64,000 nt of DNA, from NCBI GenBank assembly GCA_964553825.1, contig CAZKLT010000004.1, forward strand, positions 3,137-67,136, read 5' to 3'. Position numbers and translations under genes: made by a program. The notes beneath the pieces are model-generated. The model saw only the letters and a list, made by a program, of their open reading frames with translations, did no database searches and was not told the DNA's origin. Each line of letters starts with the position of its first letter. The stretch's first letter is position 1. Of the stretch, positions 55,160 to 63,408 are shown in pieces. The stretch comes from an uncultured Gammaproteobacteria bacterium. GTDB taxonomy: Bacteria > Patescibacteriota > Microgenomatia > UBA10105 > UBA927.

Positions 55160-56697
55160 AACTGATTTTTCTATTCGTATGCTTCTGTATGGCCGTGGCT
55201 TTCCGGACAGGTGTTGCGCTGGCGGCGCCGGCGACTTCGGGAGCCCATATTGTTCTGACGAATGACGGATTTCAGCCGAAAGTACTTCAGATCCCCGTGG
55301 GCAGCAGCGTTACGTTTACCACAACGCGGGGACGGTATTTTTGGCCCGCATCAGATGAGCATCCGTCGCATAGTATATATCCGGAATTTGACCCCCGCGC
55401 ACCCATTTCACCGGAGGATTCGTGGTCCCATACCTTCGAGAGACCTGGCGTGTGGAAGTTTCATGACCATGTATCGCCGTCGTATACAGGAGAAATACGA
55501 GTGATGGAAACGGGTGACCGGGTGGTTCCGATAGAAAATAAGGAAAACGTAATTGTAAAACAATCCATACTATTAAAATTGAATAATTGGATTGTTCAGA
55601 ATGTTCTCCCTCTTAATTATCGTCGGTGTATGGATGAGGAGCTGAATCACGGATCCAGAATCCAGTGCTGGGAGCATGTAGTGGTGAAAATAACCCAGCG
55701 CAAAGGACTCATCACGGCACTTAACTTCGTGCATCGGCAGAGAAGCCGCGATACTGCCTTTGCATCCGACTGTCACGTCTATGTGCATCGCATCGGGGAG
55801 GAGTATTACTGGAAGTTTTTCAATGATCGGAAAATTGAAGTATCGGATAAGTTTGGCCTGTGTGATCAGGGATTTTTTCATGGGTTTATGCAGGAATTTA
55901 CGAGTCATGGGACAAATATGGTACAGGCGAAACGGTATTGCGACACGCTTCTGTCAAGAATGAAGCAAGATGAGCACGGAGAAATGCTGATTCAACAATG
56001 CTACCATGGAATCGGCCACGGAGCCGCATTTCTGTATGCCGCATCATTGTGGGGTAATACCGATGAAATTATACGACGATCGATTGCCGACTGTCGGTCA
56101 CTTATCGATGGAAATCCGCGTATGTGCATCAGCGGAGTCTTTGGCGGAATTGCGGCGATGCATTGGGGTCTTCACGGGTTTACGCTCGAAATGGACCCTT
56201 CTAATCCTTGGGAGCTCTGTAAAAACCAGGTGAAACCCGAGAACTTGGAATGCTATGATCAGCTTGTCCCCGTGCTTTTCAGCAAGGTTGATCTGGATTT
56301 AGAAGCCGCGGGTCGGTTGGTCGCTCAAATATCGGATGCGGAAATTCAACGTGTTGCCATGATACATTTAGGGAGCATGCCTTCGTATACGATTGTGTCC
56401 AAGACGGAGGATTACTCACAGATTGTTCAATCGTGCCGACGTTTTGCCTCCCCGCTTGATCGCGACTGCCTGTATGGATTTTCCGGTGCAATTACCCGTA
56501 TTGGCGCATTGCCCGAAGCGCAGGCGCGGTCTATCCGGTTTTGTGAGTCGTCATATCTGACTGAGGCCGAACGAGCAGTCTGTTATGATAGTGTCCGTCA
56601 GCAGATATCCATACATTATTCCGAGCGGGAAGCTGTACGGTTCTGTGAACGGATATCGGCTCGGTACCAGCATTCGTACTGCAGTAATCAGCCATGA
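55150..56697 (+). CDS. Cys/His-rich paralog 13 with cupredoxin-like N-domain (subtype C)
   Basis: IVLTNDGFQPKVLQIPVGSSVTFTTTRGRYFWPASDEHPSH...WSHTFERPGVWKFHDHVSPSYTGEIRVM; CHVYVHRIGEEYY..CDQGFFHGFMQEF..CYHGIGHG. Confidence 0.7.
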   Translation: MSMKLIFLFVCFCMAVAFRTGVALAAPATSGAHIVLTNDGFQPKVLQIPVGSSVTFTTTRGRYFWPASDEHPSHSIYPEFDPRAPISPEDSWSHTFERPGVWKFHDHVSPSYTGEIRVMETGDRVVPIENKENVIVKQSILLKLNNWIVQNVLPLNYRRCMDEELNHGSRIQCWEHVVVKITQRKGLITALNFVHRQRSRDTAFASDCHVYVHRIGEEYYWKFFNDRKIEVSDKFGLCDQGFFHGFMQEFTSHGTNMVQAKRYCDTLLSRMKQDEHGEMLIQQCYHGIGHGAAFLYAASLWGNTDEIIRRSIADCRSLIDGNPRMCISGVFGGIAAMHWGLHGFTLEMDPSNPWELCKNQVKPENLECYDQLVPVLFSKVDLDLEAAGRLVAQISDAEIQRVAMIHLGSMPSYTIVSKTEDYSQIVQSCRRFASPLDRDCLYGFSGAITRIGALPEAQARSIRFCESSYLTEAERAVCYDSVRQQISIHYSEREAVRFCERISARYQHSYCSNQP

Positions 56698-57908
56698 AAA
56701 CATATCTTGCTACAAGAGGAACAGGGATTTCTGTGATCTGGCTTTTGGTGGTTCTGTTCGGTGTGGGGACGGCGCTTGCGACCCGCGTGTATTATCCGGC
56801 CAAAAAGTCGCTTTCAGCCTACGCAGACGATGTGTATGAAAAATGTGCTCCGGCGCCGCATGCCCCATCCTGTTATGACGAGGAAATTCCGAGACTCATG
56901 GACCGCATATCTATGGAAGAGGCGTTCGAGGTGACCCGGTTTGTCCAGCAAAAAGACCCGCGATACCTGTACTGCCATGTACTTGGGCACAACATAAGCT
57001 ACCGTGAGGCGGATCGCGATGTATCGAAGTGGAAAGATGTGGTCGCCCGGTGTCCCACGACGTTTTGCAATAACGGGTGTCAGCACGGTGCGCTTATGCG
57101 CAGATTTAACGCGGAGAGTCTCACCGATGCGCAAATTCAACAGGTGAAGCCGGATCTGCAGGATGTTTGTGAGCCGAGAGGGAACTGGAATCCCCGCGAA
57201 GTAGAGCGCTCCATGTGCTATCACGCCTTGGGGCACCTTCATATGTTTATGACCAATGCGGATATTAATAAATCCGTGAACTTATGTCAGGATGTGGCGA
57301 CGAAACCTGATGGACGTAACTATGTGCAGACGTGCACGCAGGGCGTCCTTATGTCTGTCTATCAACCGCTTGAACCTGAGGATTTTGCGCTTGTGCGCGG
57401 ATTGACCCCGACGAAGGAAACAGTGAACGCATTTTGCGATCAGTTTACGGGTGAAGCCTGGTTTGCCTGTCATAGTGAATCATGGCCCTTGTTTCTGCAG
57501 GACATGAAAGAACCTGCCGGTCTCATGCGGTTTTGCAGTTATACGGATGAACCGTACCACAAAAAGAATTGTATAGGCACGGGCATGAGCATTCTCACTG
57601 TCTTGATGGTCGTGGAGCAGGGAGGCAGGCTTGATACACTTACGGCGTATTGCGATCAGTTGTCGGGTATCCACAAGGGGGATTGTTACGCGCATGCCGC
57701 GTTTCGGCTTGTGCAGATAGATCCTCGATATACCGCCCTGGCCAAGTCCGTGTGTGATGCCGCTTCCCAGTCCGGTGTTGGCGATGCGTGTTTCTCGTAT
57801 CTGCTTCAGCATGTCGACCAAAGCTTCGCTCCCGGACAAGAGGCAGATGCGTTTTGTTCCGCATTTGAGGAACCGTGGCAGACAAAATGCTCGACGCGGA
57901 CCTATTGA
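56694..57908 (+). CDS. Cys/His-rich paralog 14 (subtype A)
   Basis: ATGA overlap; KCAPAPHAPSCYDEEIPRLM..YCHVLGHNI..CNNGCQHGAL..CYHALGHLHMFMTNAD. Confidence 0.7.
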   Translation: MKTYLATRGTGISVIWLLVVLFGVGTALATRVYYPAKKSLSAYADDVYEKCAPAPHAPSCYDEEIPRLMDRISMEEAFEVTRFVQQKDPRYLYCHVLGHNISYREADRDVSKWKDVVARCPTTFCNNGCQHGALMRRFNAESLTDAQIQQVKPDLQDVCEPRGNWNPREVERSMCYHALGHLHMFMTNADINKSVNLCQDVATKPDGRNYVQTCTQGVLMSVYQPLEPEDFALVRGLTPTKETVNAFCDQFTGEAWFACHSESWPLFLQDMKEPAGLMRFCSYTDEPYHKKNCIGTGMSILTVLMVVEQGGRLDTLTAYCDQLSGIHKGDCYAHAAFRLVQIDPRYTALAKSVCDAASQSGVGDACFSYLLQHVDQSFAPGQEADAFCSAFEEPWQTKCSTRTY

Positions 57909-57987
57909 TATGCTAATTGATCCTTAAAAGATACTTCGATTGGTTAATCTATAGTAAAAGACTCTCTGATATAGAAATAGAAAATGA

Positions 57988-59223
57988 CTATATCAAAGTA
58001 TGGTATTTCATGTGTTTCCGATGCGCCTTTTCTATTATGGAGCATATGAATGCGATATCTTTATGCATGAGCGTAGTGGAAGAAGGAAGATAGAGTCCAT
58101 GCCGCCCCAAATGCTCAGCAACGGGGAACCGTGACGGCGCAAATTGCTTCCAGTACGCGGGTTGGAAATGAATGGGAACAAAGAAGGAGCGCGTTTCGAC
58201 TCCCTGATGCGCAAGGAGTCTGCGAAGGCGGTTGCGATCCATACCAAAACGATCCGGATCTACAAGCACGCCGTACATCCAATAGGCGTGTTGCGTCTGT
58301 GGGGCCTGGTGGGGTGTCGTGATACCGGGGATGGGGGAAAGGAGCTTGGTATAGAGCGCGGCATTTGCGCGTTTCCTAGCCAGAAGCTTGGTAAATCGTT
58401 CCGTTTGACCCAGGCCGATGGCCCCCTGGATATTGGTCATGCGGTAGCCAAAGCCGACAATCGGGTGCCAGAAGTGTCGGTCAGCCGAAAACGCATGGTT
58501 GCGCAAAAGATCAATCCGGCCTGCAAGGGCGCGATTGTTGGTTGTAACCATGCCGCCCTCGCCAGTCGTGATTACTTTGTTGGCGTAAAGGGAAAATGCC
58601 GCAACGTCGCCAATCGATCCCACGTGTTTGCCTTTGTATCTAGCGCCGTGCGCCTCGGCCGCATCCTCTATGACATGTATTCTGTGCTTGCGGGCAATCC
58701 GAAGAACGGGATCCATGTCTGCCGGTGCCCCGTATGTGTGCACGACAATCATGGCTTTTGTTTTGCGGGTGATGGCATGGGAGAGCTTCGTGGTGTTTAT
58801 ATTCCACGTGATCGGATCGCTGTCCACGAGAACCGGGGTGGCGCCGCAATAAGAGACGGCATTGACGGTCGCAATCATGGTAAACGCCGGAAGGATGATT
58901 TCGTCGCCCGGGCCGATGCCAAGGGCCACAAGCGCGATATGAAGGGCAGTTGTGCCGCTGTTGACCGCCAATGCATAGCGTGTATGTGAAACGGTTTTGG
59001 CAAATGCCCGCTCAAAGCGTTGTACAAATTCGCCGGACGATGAGAGCCACGATGAGTCAAAAGCGCTTAGGAGATACGCTTTCTCTTTTGAAGATAGGTT
59101 TGGCTCACACACCGGTATGATGCCGGAGCCTCTGAGTTCCGGCTCCGGACCGGGCAAAAAATCGGATATACGGTTCAGATCATTTTTGGGAATAAATGAA
59201 AGTGGGGGAATACCGGTCTTCAT
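57988..59223 (-). CDS. DegT-family PLP-dependent sugar aminotransferase (third copy)
   Basis: FVQRFERAFA...ALAVNSGTTALHIAL...DAAEAHG..SLYANKVITTGEGG. Confidence 0.9.
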   Translation of the reverse strand: MKTGIPPLSFIPKNDLNRISDFLPGPEPELRGSGIIPVCEPNLSSKEKAYLLSAFDSSWLSSSGEFVQRFERAFAKTVSHTRYALAVNSGTTALHIALVALGIGPGDEIILPAFTMIATVNAVSYCGATPVLVDSDPITWNINTTKLSHAITRKTKAMIVVHTYGAPADMDPVLRIARKHRIHVIEDAAEAHGARYKGKHVGSIGDVAAFSLYANKVITTGEGGMVTTNNRALAGRIDLLRNHAFSADRHFWHPIVGFGYRMTNIQGAIGLGQTERFTKLLARKRANAALYTKLLSPIPGITTPHQAPQTQHAYWMYGVLVDPDRFGMDRNRLRRLLAHQGVETRSFFVPIHFQPAYWKQFAPSRFPVAEHLGRHGLYLPSSTTLMHKDIAFICSIIEKAHRKHMKYHTLI

Positions 59224-59273
59224 GTCTCATTTGGGCAAACGGGTATCATACTATACTGCCGGCTCACTCTGCG

Positions 59274-59975
59274 TCAATTCCTCGATCGCCATAGGGCAAT
59301 AGCCGCGGCCGAATATGAGATGAGCATATGAACGAGACGTGACTTGCTCGTCCCCCCCAGGCGAGCGCCGTAGTACACCGGGATTTCGTCAATGTGCAGG
59401 TTGGCTTTCCGCGCGAACCATACCAGTCGCAGGTGATACTCACCATATCCGTAATAGATGCGGCCAAGTGGTAATTTCTGAAGCGCCTTTTTTCGAATTG
59501 CATAAAAACCGCTTGTACTGTCAGTAACCGGAAAACCAAGGATATATCTGATGGCTGTGTTAAACACCCGACTTGCATGGTATCGTAAGCCGCTTTGCAT
59601 TCCTCCGCCGGGGAGGAAGCGGGAAGCGACCACTATGTCTGCATGCGTGAGGTTTTCAAGGAGTGTCGGGATGACCGCAGGATCGTGATTGCCGTCAGCA
59701 TCCATCCCTATGCATATCCGGCCTGAAGCTCTTTTGAGGCCGTATAAAATAGAGCCGCCTAAATCCCGGGGTCCGGGATGAGAAAAACATTTCAACCATG
59801 GGGCTTTCCGGATCGACTGTCCGATATGGGTAAGTGTACCGTCAGGACTTTGATCGTCAACAACGATGATTTCGTGCGATATGTTCTTGCATACTTTGTG
59901 TATATTTTTTATCAATTTACTTATTGTTTGAGACTCATTGTACGTCGGGAGGATGAGAGAGAGGATTGGTGTCAT
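59274..59975 (-). CDS. GT2 family glycosyltransferase (DPM1-like)
   Basis: LSLILPTYNESQTISKLI...IIVVDDQSPDGT; start at internal Met. Confidence 0.85.
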   Translation of the reverse strand: MTPILSLILPTYNESQTISKLIKNIHKVCKNISHEIIVVDDQSPDGTLTHIGQSIRKAPWLKCFSHPGPRDLGGSILYGLKRASGRICIGMDADGNHDPAVIPTLLENLTHADIVVASRFLPGGGMQSGLRYHASRVFNTAIRYILGFPVTDSTSGFYAIRKKALQKLPLGRIYYGYGEYHLRLVWFARKANLHIDEIPVYYGARLGGTSKSRLVHMLISYSAAAIALWRSRN

Positions 59976-60673
59976 GGTTTGTGGGCAAGGATGAGAAGAG
60001 AGGATCCCCAGGGGCGGGGAATCCACGCAGGGAGTCGTGCTTCCGCCGTTAGGAGGATGGTGAGCATTCTGTTTATACCAGGAGCTACGGGAGTGCTCCA
60101 GCCGGCGTTTCCGATGCGCCGTGAGAGGACAACCAGAGGAAAGATACTGCTAAAAATGTACATACAGCGGTCAACGGAAAATCCCGCGCCCTGTATCAGA
60201 GCAAGAAGGCGGGACTTCGTATACCGGTATTTGGCGTTCCACGCTTCATCGTGCTTGCTCCAGAGCCATGGGTGGGCGCAGTCCGTGACAAGCAGTGAGC
60301 CGCCCGGGGCAAGGACGCGGTATGCCTGTGCAAGCGCGCTGGCCTCATTGACGTTGCTGTGATACAGAACATCGCACAGGGTTACGAGATCGAATGAGCT
60401 AGGCGGGAAGAGGAGTTTGTTTGCTGAGCCGTTTTTCACGATGAGCCCCCGGGTTCGGGCAAAATTCGCTGCGACGCGATTGATTTCCATCCCCAGAACA
60501 GGGCCAAATGCGGCAAGAGCGCGGGTGGTGCCACCGGTTCCGCATCCAACATCAAGAATACGGCCGTGTATCCCCGCGTCGGACAAAGCTGCAGTAATAA
60601 AGGCGCGTTTCCCTGCGAACCAGAAGTGCGTATCCTCAAGGGTAAACATCGCACGGATGTTGGCGTCCTTCAT
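59972..60673 (-). CDS. Class I SAM-dependent methyltransferase
   Basis: ILDVGCGTGGTTRALA (motif I), LAPGGSLLV (motif post-II); start at internal Met to abut next gene. Confidence 0.8.
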   Translation of the reverse strand: MKDANIRAMFTLEDTHFWFAGKRAFITAALSDAGIHGRILDVGCGTGGTTRALAAFGPVLGMEINRVAANFARTRGLIVKNGSANKLLFPPSSFDLVTLCDVLYHSNVNEASALAQAYRVLAPGGSLLVTDCAHPWLWSKHDEAWNAKYRYTKSRLLALIQGAGFSVDRCMYIFSSIFPLVVLSRRIGNAGWSTPVAPGINRMLTILLTAEARLPAWIPRPWGSSLLILAHKP

Positions 60674-60677
60674 GGGT

Positions 60678-61370
60678 CTATATGCAAAGAGCGGTAGTAT
60701 AGGCCGGTGTCCCATCCTTGGGCACGAAGCATGCAGAAACAACCGTAACGTCCGGTTGCGTCAGGCCTGGTTGCGGCGTTATGTCTGGAGGGAGTGGTAG
60801 CGTAATAGGTGTTCGGACAGTAACACCAAGCAAATTGCCGTTGGTGTCTGATTTCATCGCGCCGCATTCCGTGATGGTTTTTTGTTCCTGGGTTACAATC
60901 TGAGTGCAGGAGGAGACCGATCGATCTTTGAGGAAGCCTTCATCAAGTATGTCTGAAAGGAGCACTTGCGCTTTTTCTTTATTTACTTCTGATGCAAGCG
61001 GCATGTGCCAAACGCGTATATAGTTGATCGCCTCGTTATTGGATGTTAGACCAACTAATACGCTCATAAATTTCCCGTCGTGGTTCCAGTTGCCCATGAA
61101 TACATCGCCGCGAGGTCCTTCGGCTTTTTCAGAAACGCGCAGCACTAATTCTGAGGGAATGAGGCTTTTTTTCGTTGCGGTCTGCAAGAAGGAAGCGACC
61201 TGTTGTGCAAGCGGTGAGGCGAGTGATGTTTTCAGCGTAAGATCGCCATAGACAAGCGTCTGCTGCGGTGCCCCTGATTTATCCATAAATCCCGCAACGC
61301 GAGGCCATAGGATAAATCCGGCGAGAAACGCCACGATCACTGAAAGAACAACAATACCTTTAGTAAGCAT
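60678..61370 (-). CDS. Hypothetical membrane-anchored exported protein
   Basis: N-terminal TM (IVVLSVIVAFLAGFILW), no recognisable domain. Confidence 0.45.
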   Translation of the reverse strand: MLTKGIVVLSVIVAFLAGFILWPRVAGFMDKSGAPQQTLVYGDLTLKTSLASPLAQQVASFLQTATKKSLIPSELVLRVSEKAEGPRGDVFMGNWNHDGKFMSVLVGLTSNNEAINYIRVWHMPLASEVNKEKAQVLLSDILDEGFLKDRSVSSCTQIVTQEQKTITECGAMKSDTNGNLLGVTVRTPITLPLPPDITPQPGLTQPDVTVVSACFVPKDGTPAYTTALCI

Positions 61371-61447
61371 TATGGTTATTGTAGTTATCCGAATTTTTCT
61401 GTCAAGATGATGTTGCTTTTTACTAAGTGTGTTGCCATACTGAACGT

Positions 61448-62128
61448 ATGAAACGCGACCCCTGGCGTGATGGGTTTACTTTGGCGGAAATCCTCATCGT
61501 TGTTGTTATTCTCGTGATCTTACTTATGGTGGTGCTTCTCAGTCTTCGCACGCAAGTGTTGCGAGCTCGTGACGCGCGAAGAAAAGCGGATATTAACAGG
61601 ATTCAAAAAGCGTACGAGGAGTATTTTAATGATAAACAGTGTTACCCCTATGAAACGGCACTGGAAAATTGCGGGAGTTCTGATCTGGCGCCATATTTGA
61701 GAAAAATTCCCTGCGATCCGAAAAACAATGAACCGTATCTGTATGTACCAGGGTCACCTTCGTTGTGTAGCGGGTACCGGGTGTGCGCCAAGCTTGAAGA
61801 TCTGAATGATGCCGACATCGCGCGCATCGGCTGTCATCCGACCGAGGGATGCGGCTGGTCTCCCGGGTTCAATTATTGCGTCTCAGTCGGCATGGCTGCA
61901 GCAGCGCCTGGCGCAGCGCAAGGAAGCGGTGAGGAGGAGGGTGATGAAACCGTTACGCCGACACCTTCCTTGCCGCCTGAACCAGGAGAATGGGCGTGTA
62001 CGCCGGGAGGCGCCTGCAACATTTATGTTGATCCTGTCGGCGCGGGTTGCCCGGTAACGTATGCAACGGTTTGTACGTATAACGGAGTATGGCAATGTGA
62101 TAATCCCGCTAATCGGTGTACAGACTAA
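61448..62128 (+). CDS. Type IV pilin/pseudopilin-like protein (prepilin N-terminal methylation motif)
   Basis: GFTLAEILIVVVILVILL = class III signal peptide G|FTLxE + hydrophobic helix; start at internal Met. Confidence 0.8.
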   Translation: MKRDPWRDGFTLAEILIVVVILVILLMVVLLSLRTQVLRARDARRKADINRIQKAYEEYFNDKQCYPYETALENCGSSDLAPYLRKIPCDPKNNEPYLYVPGSPSLCSGYRVCAKLEDLNDADIARIGCHPTEGCGWSPGFNYCVSVGMAAAAPGAAQGSGEEEGDETVTPTPSLPPEPGEWACTPGGACNIYVDPVGAGCPVTYATVCTYNGVWQCDNPANRCTD

Positions 62129-62151
62129 ACGGAATGCGGTACAGTAAAATC

Positions 62152-62694
62152 ATGAACAGAAAATCAGGATTTACCCTTATTGAGCTTCTTGTGGTCATCA
62201 TTATCTTGGGAGTCCTTATCACCGTTGCTCTCGTGAGCTTCCTTTCTTCGCAAAAGAAATCGCGTGATGTGAAGCGAAAAAATGATCTACGGCAGGTATC
62301 GATCGCACTGGAGGCCTACTACAACGATCGGGGTCGGTATCCGGCGGGCGACAGCCTGGGTCGCATTGAGGGATGTGCACCGGACGGACAGACCGCATGT
62401 GAGTGGGGCGAAGCCTTTGAAGATGAAAACGGGACCGTATACATGGTAAATTTGCCGACGGAGCCCACCAGCGAGCAGGTATATTTTTATATGGCAAATG
62501 CTGCAGGAAGTCAGTATCAGCTCTATGCGCGGCTGGAAAATACGCTCGATAGTGAAATTCCTCAAAGTGCAGACGCCAGTCGGGCGTTTGCCGATACCGC
62601 GTGTGAATCCGGAGTAGGAACGCTCTATTGCAATTACGGGGTGTCGAGTGCCAATATACAGGTGGAAGAAGGAAGGACGGTGGTCTATGAATAA
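62152..62694 (+). CDS. Type IV pilin/pseudopilin-like protein
   Basis: KSGFTLIELLVVIIILGVLITVAL; conserved following RKNDLRQ..LE.YYND as in copy 3. Confidence 0.8.
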   Translation: MNRKSGFTLIELLVVIIILGVLITVALVSFLSSQKKSRDVKRKNDLRQVSIALEAYYNDRGRYPAGDSLGRIEGCAPDGQTACEWGEAFEDENGTVYMVNLPTEPTSEQVYFYMANAAGSQYQLYARLENTLDSEIPQSADASRAFADTACESGVGTLYCNYGVSSANIQVEEGRTVVYE

Positions 62695-63214
62695 ACTATT
62701 CGAGCGAATGAAACATAACGACGGATTTACCCTCATTGAACTTCTTGTCGTAATAGCTATCATTGCCGTGATTGTCGCTTTTGCCGTGGCTAATTTTGTG
62801 GGAGCCCGGTCCCGCGCGAAGGATTTGAAAAAGAAAAGTGAACTGCAGCAGTTTAAGAGTGCGCTGCGGCTCTACTACAACGACTTTAATCAGTATCCGC
62901 TTCCGGCGTCAGCTGTGGACAACGACATAGAAGGGTGCGGCAACGCGACTCCGCCTGTCGCCAGCTGCGGCGCTGTTTGCGGCGGTCAGTTTGCCGCCGG
63001 TCCGACACAGTGTGATTCGGTATACATGAAACTATTGCCTGAGGCGACTGATTATGTCTGGACGTACCAACAAATGTCAGGGGGAGATGATTTTTGTCTG
63101 TGGACGACGCTTGATAATGCTTCTGATGCTGAAATTGCTCGGTCTCAAACCCGCTGTTCCGGCCTCTGCGGAGCTGCAGTTCCGCCGACAGATTACGTTT
63201 TGTGTGCCGATTAG
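62687..63214 (+). CDS. Type IV pilin/pseudopilin-like protein
   Basis: NDGFTLIELLVVIAIIAVIVAFAV; ...KKKSELQQFKSALRLYYND. Confidence 0.75.
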   Translation: MNKLFERMKHNDGFTLIELLVVIAIIAVIVAFAVANFVGARSRAKDLKKKSELQQFKSALRLYYNDFNQYPLPASAVDNDIEGCGNATPPVASCGAVCGGQFAAGPTQCDSVYMKLLPEATDYVWTYQQMSGGDDFCLWTTLDNASDAEIARSQTRCSGLCGAAVPPTDYVLCAD

Positions 63215-63408
63215 GCAGCCTCAAAAATATCATTGTTTCCGTGGTTGACGAATCTCATGAGCATGGGTAGGAGAGACACCGTAGTCTTTTGTGTGTTGGT
63301 GGCCTTAGTTGACGGGTTTGCCTCTTGTCGAAGAGAGGTTATAGGCGAATACTCCGGAGTAAACATGCCACGCTGTTCTGTGCGTCCGTTTGCATATCGG
63401 TACATCGG

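Noticed and set aside
58144-58989. ORF 58144..58989(+) 281 aa
   Set aside because: Antisense to the clearly DegT-family aminotransferase 57988..59223(-).
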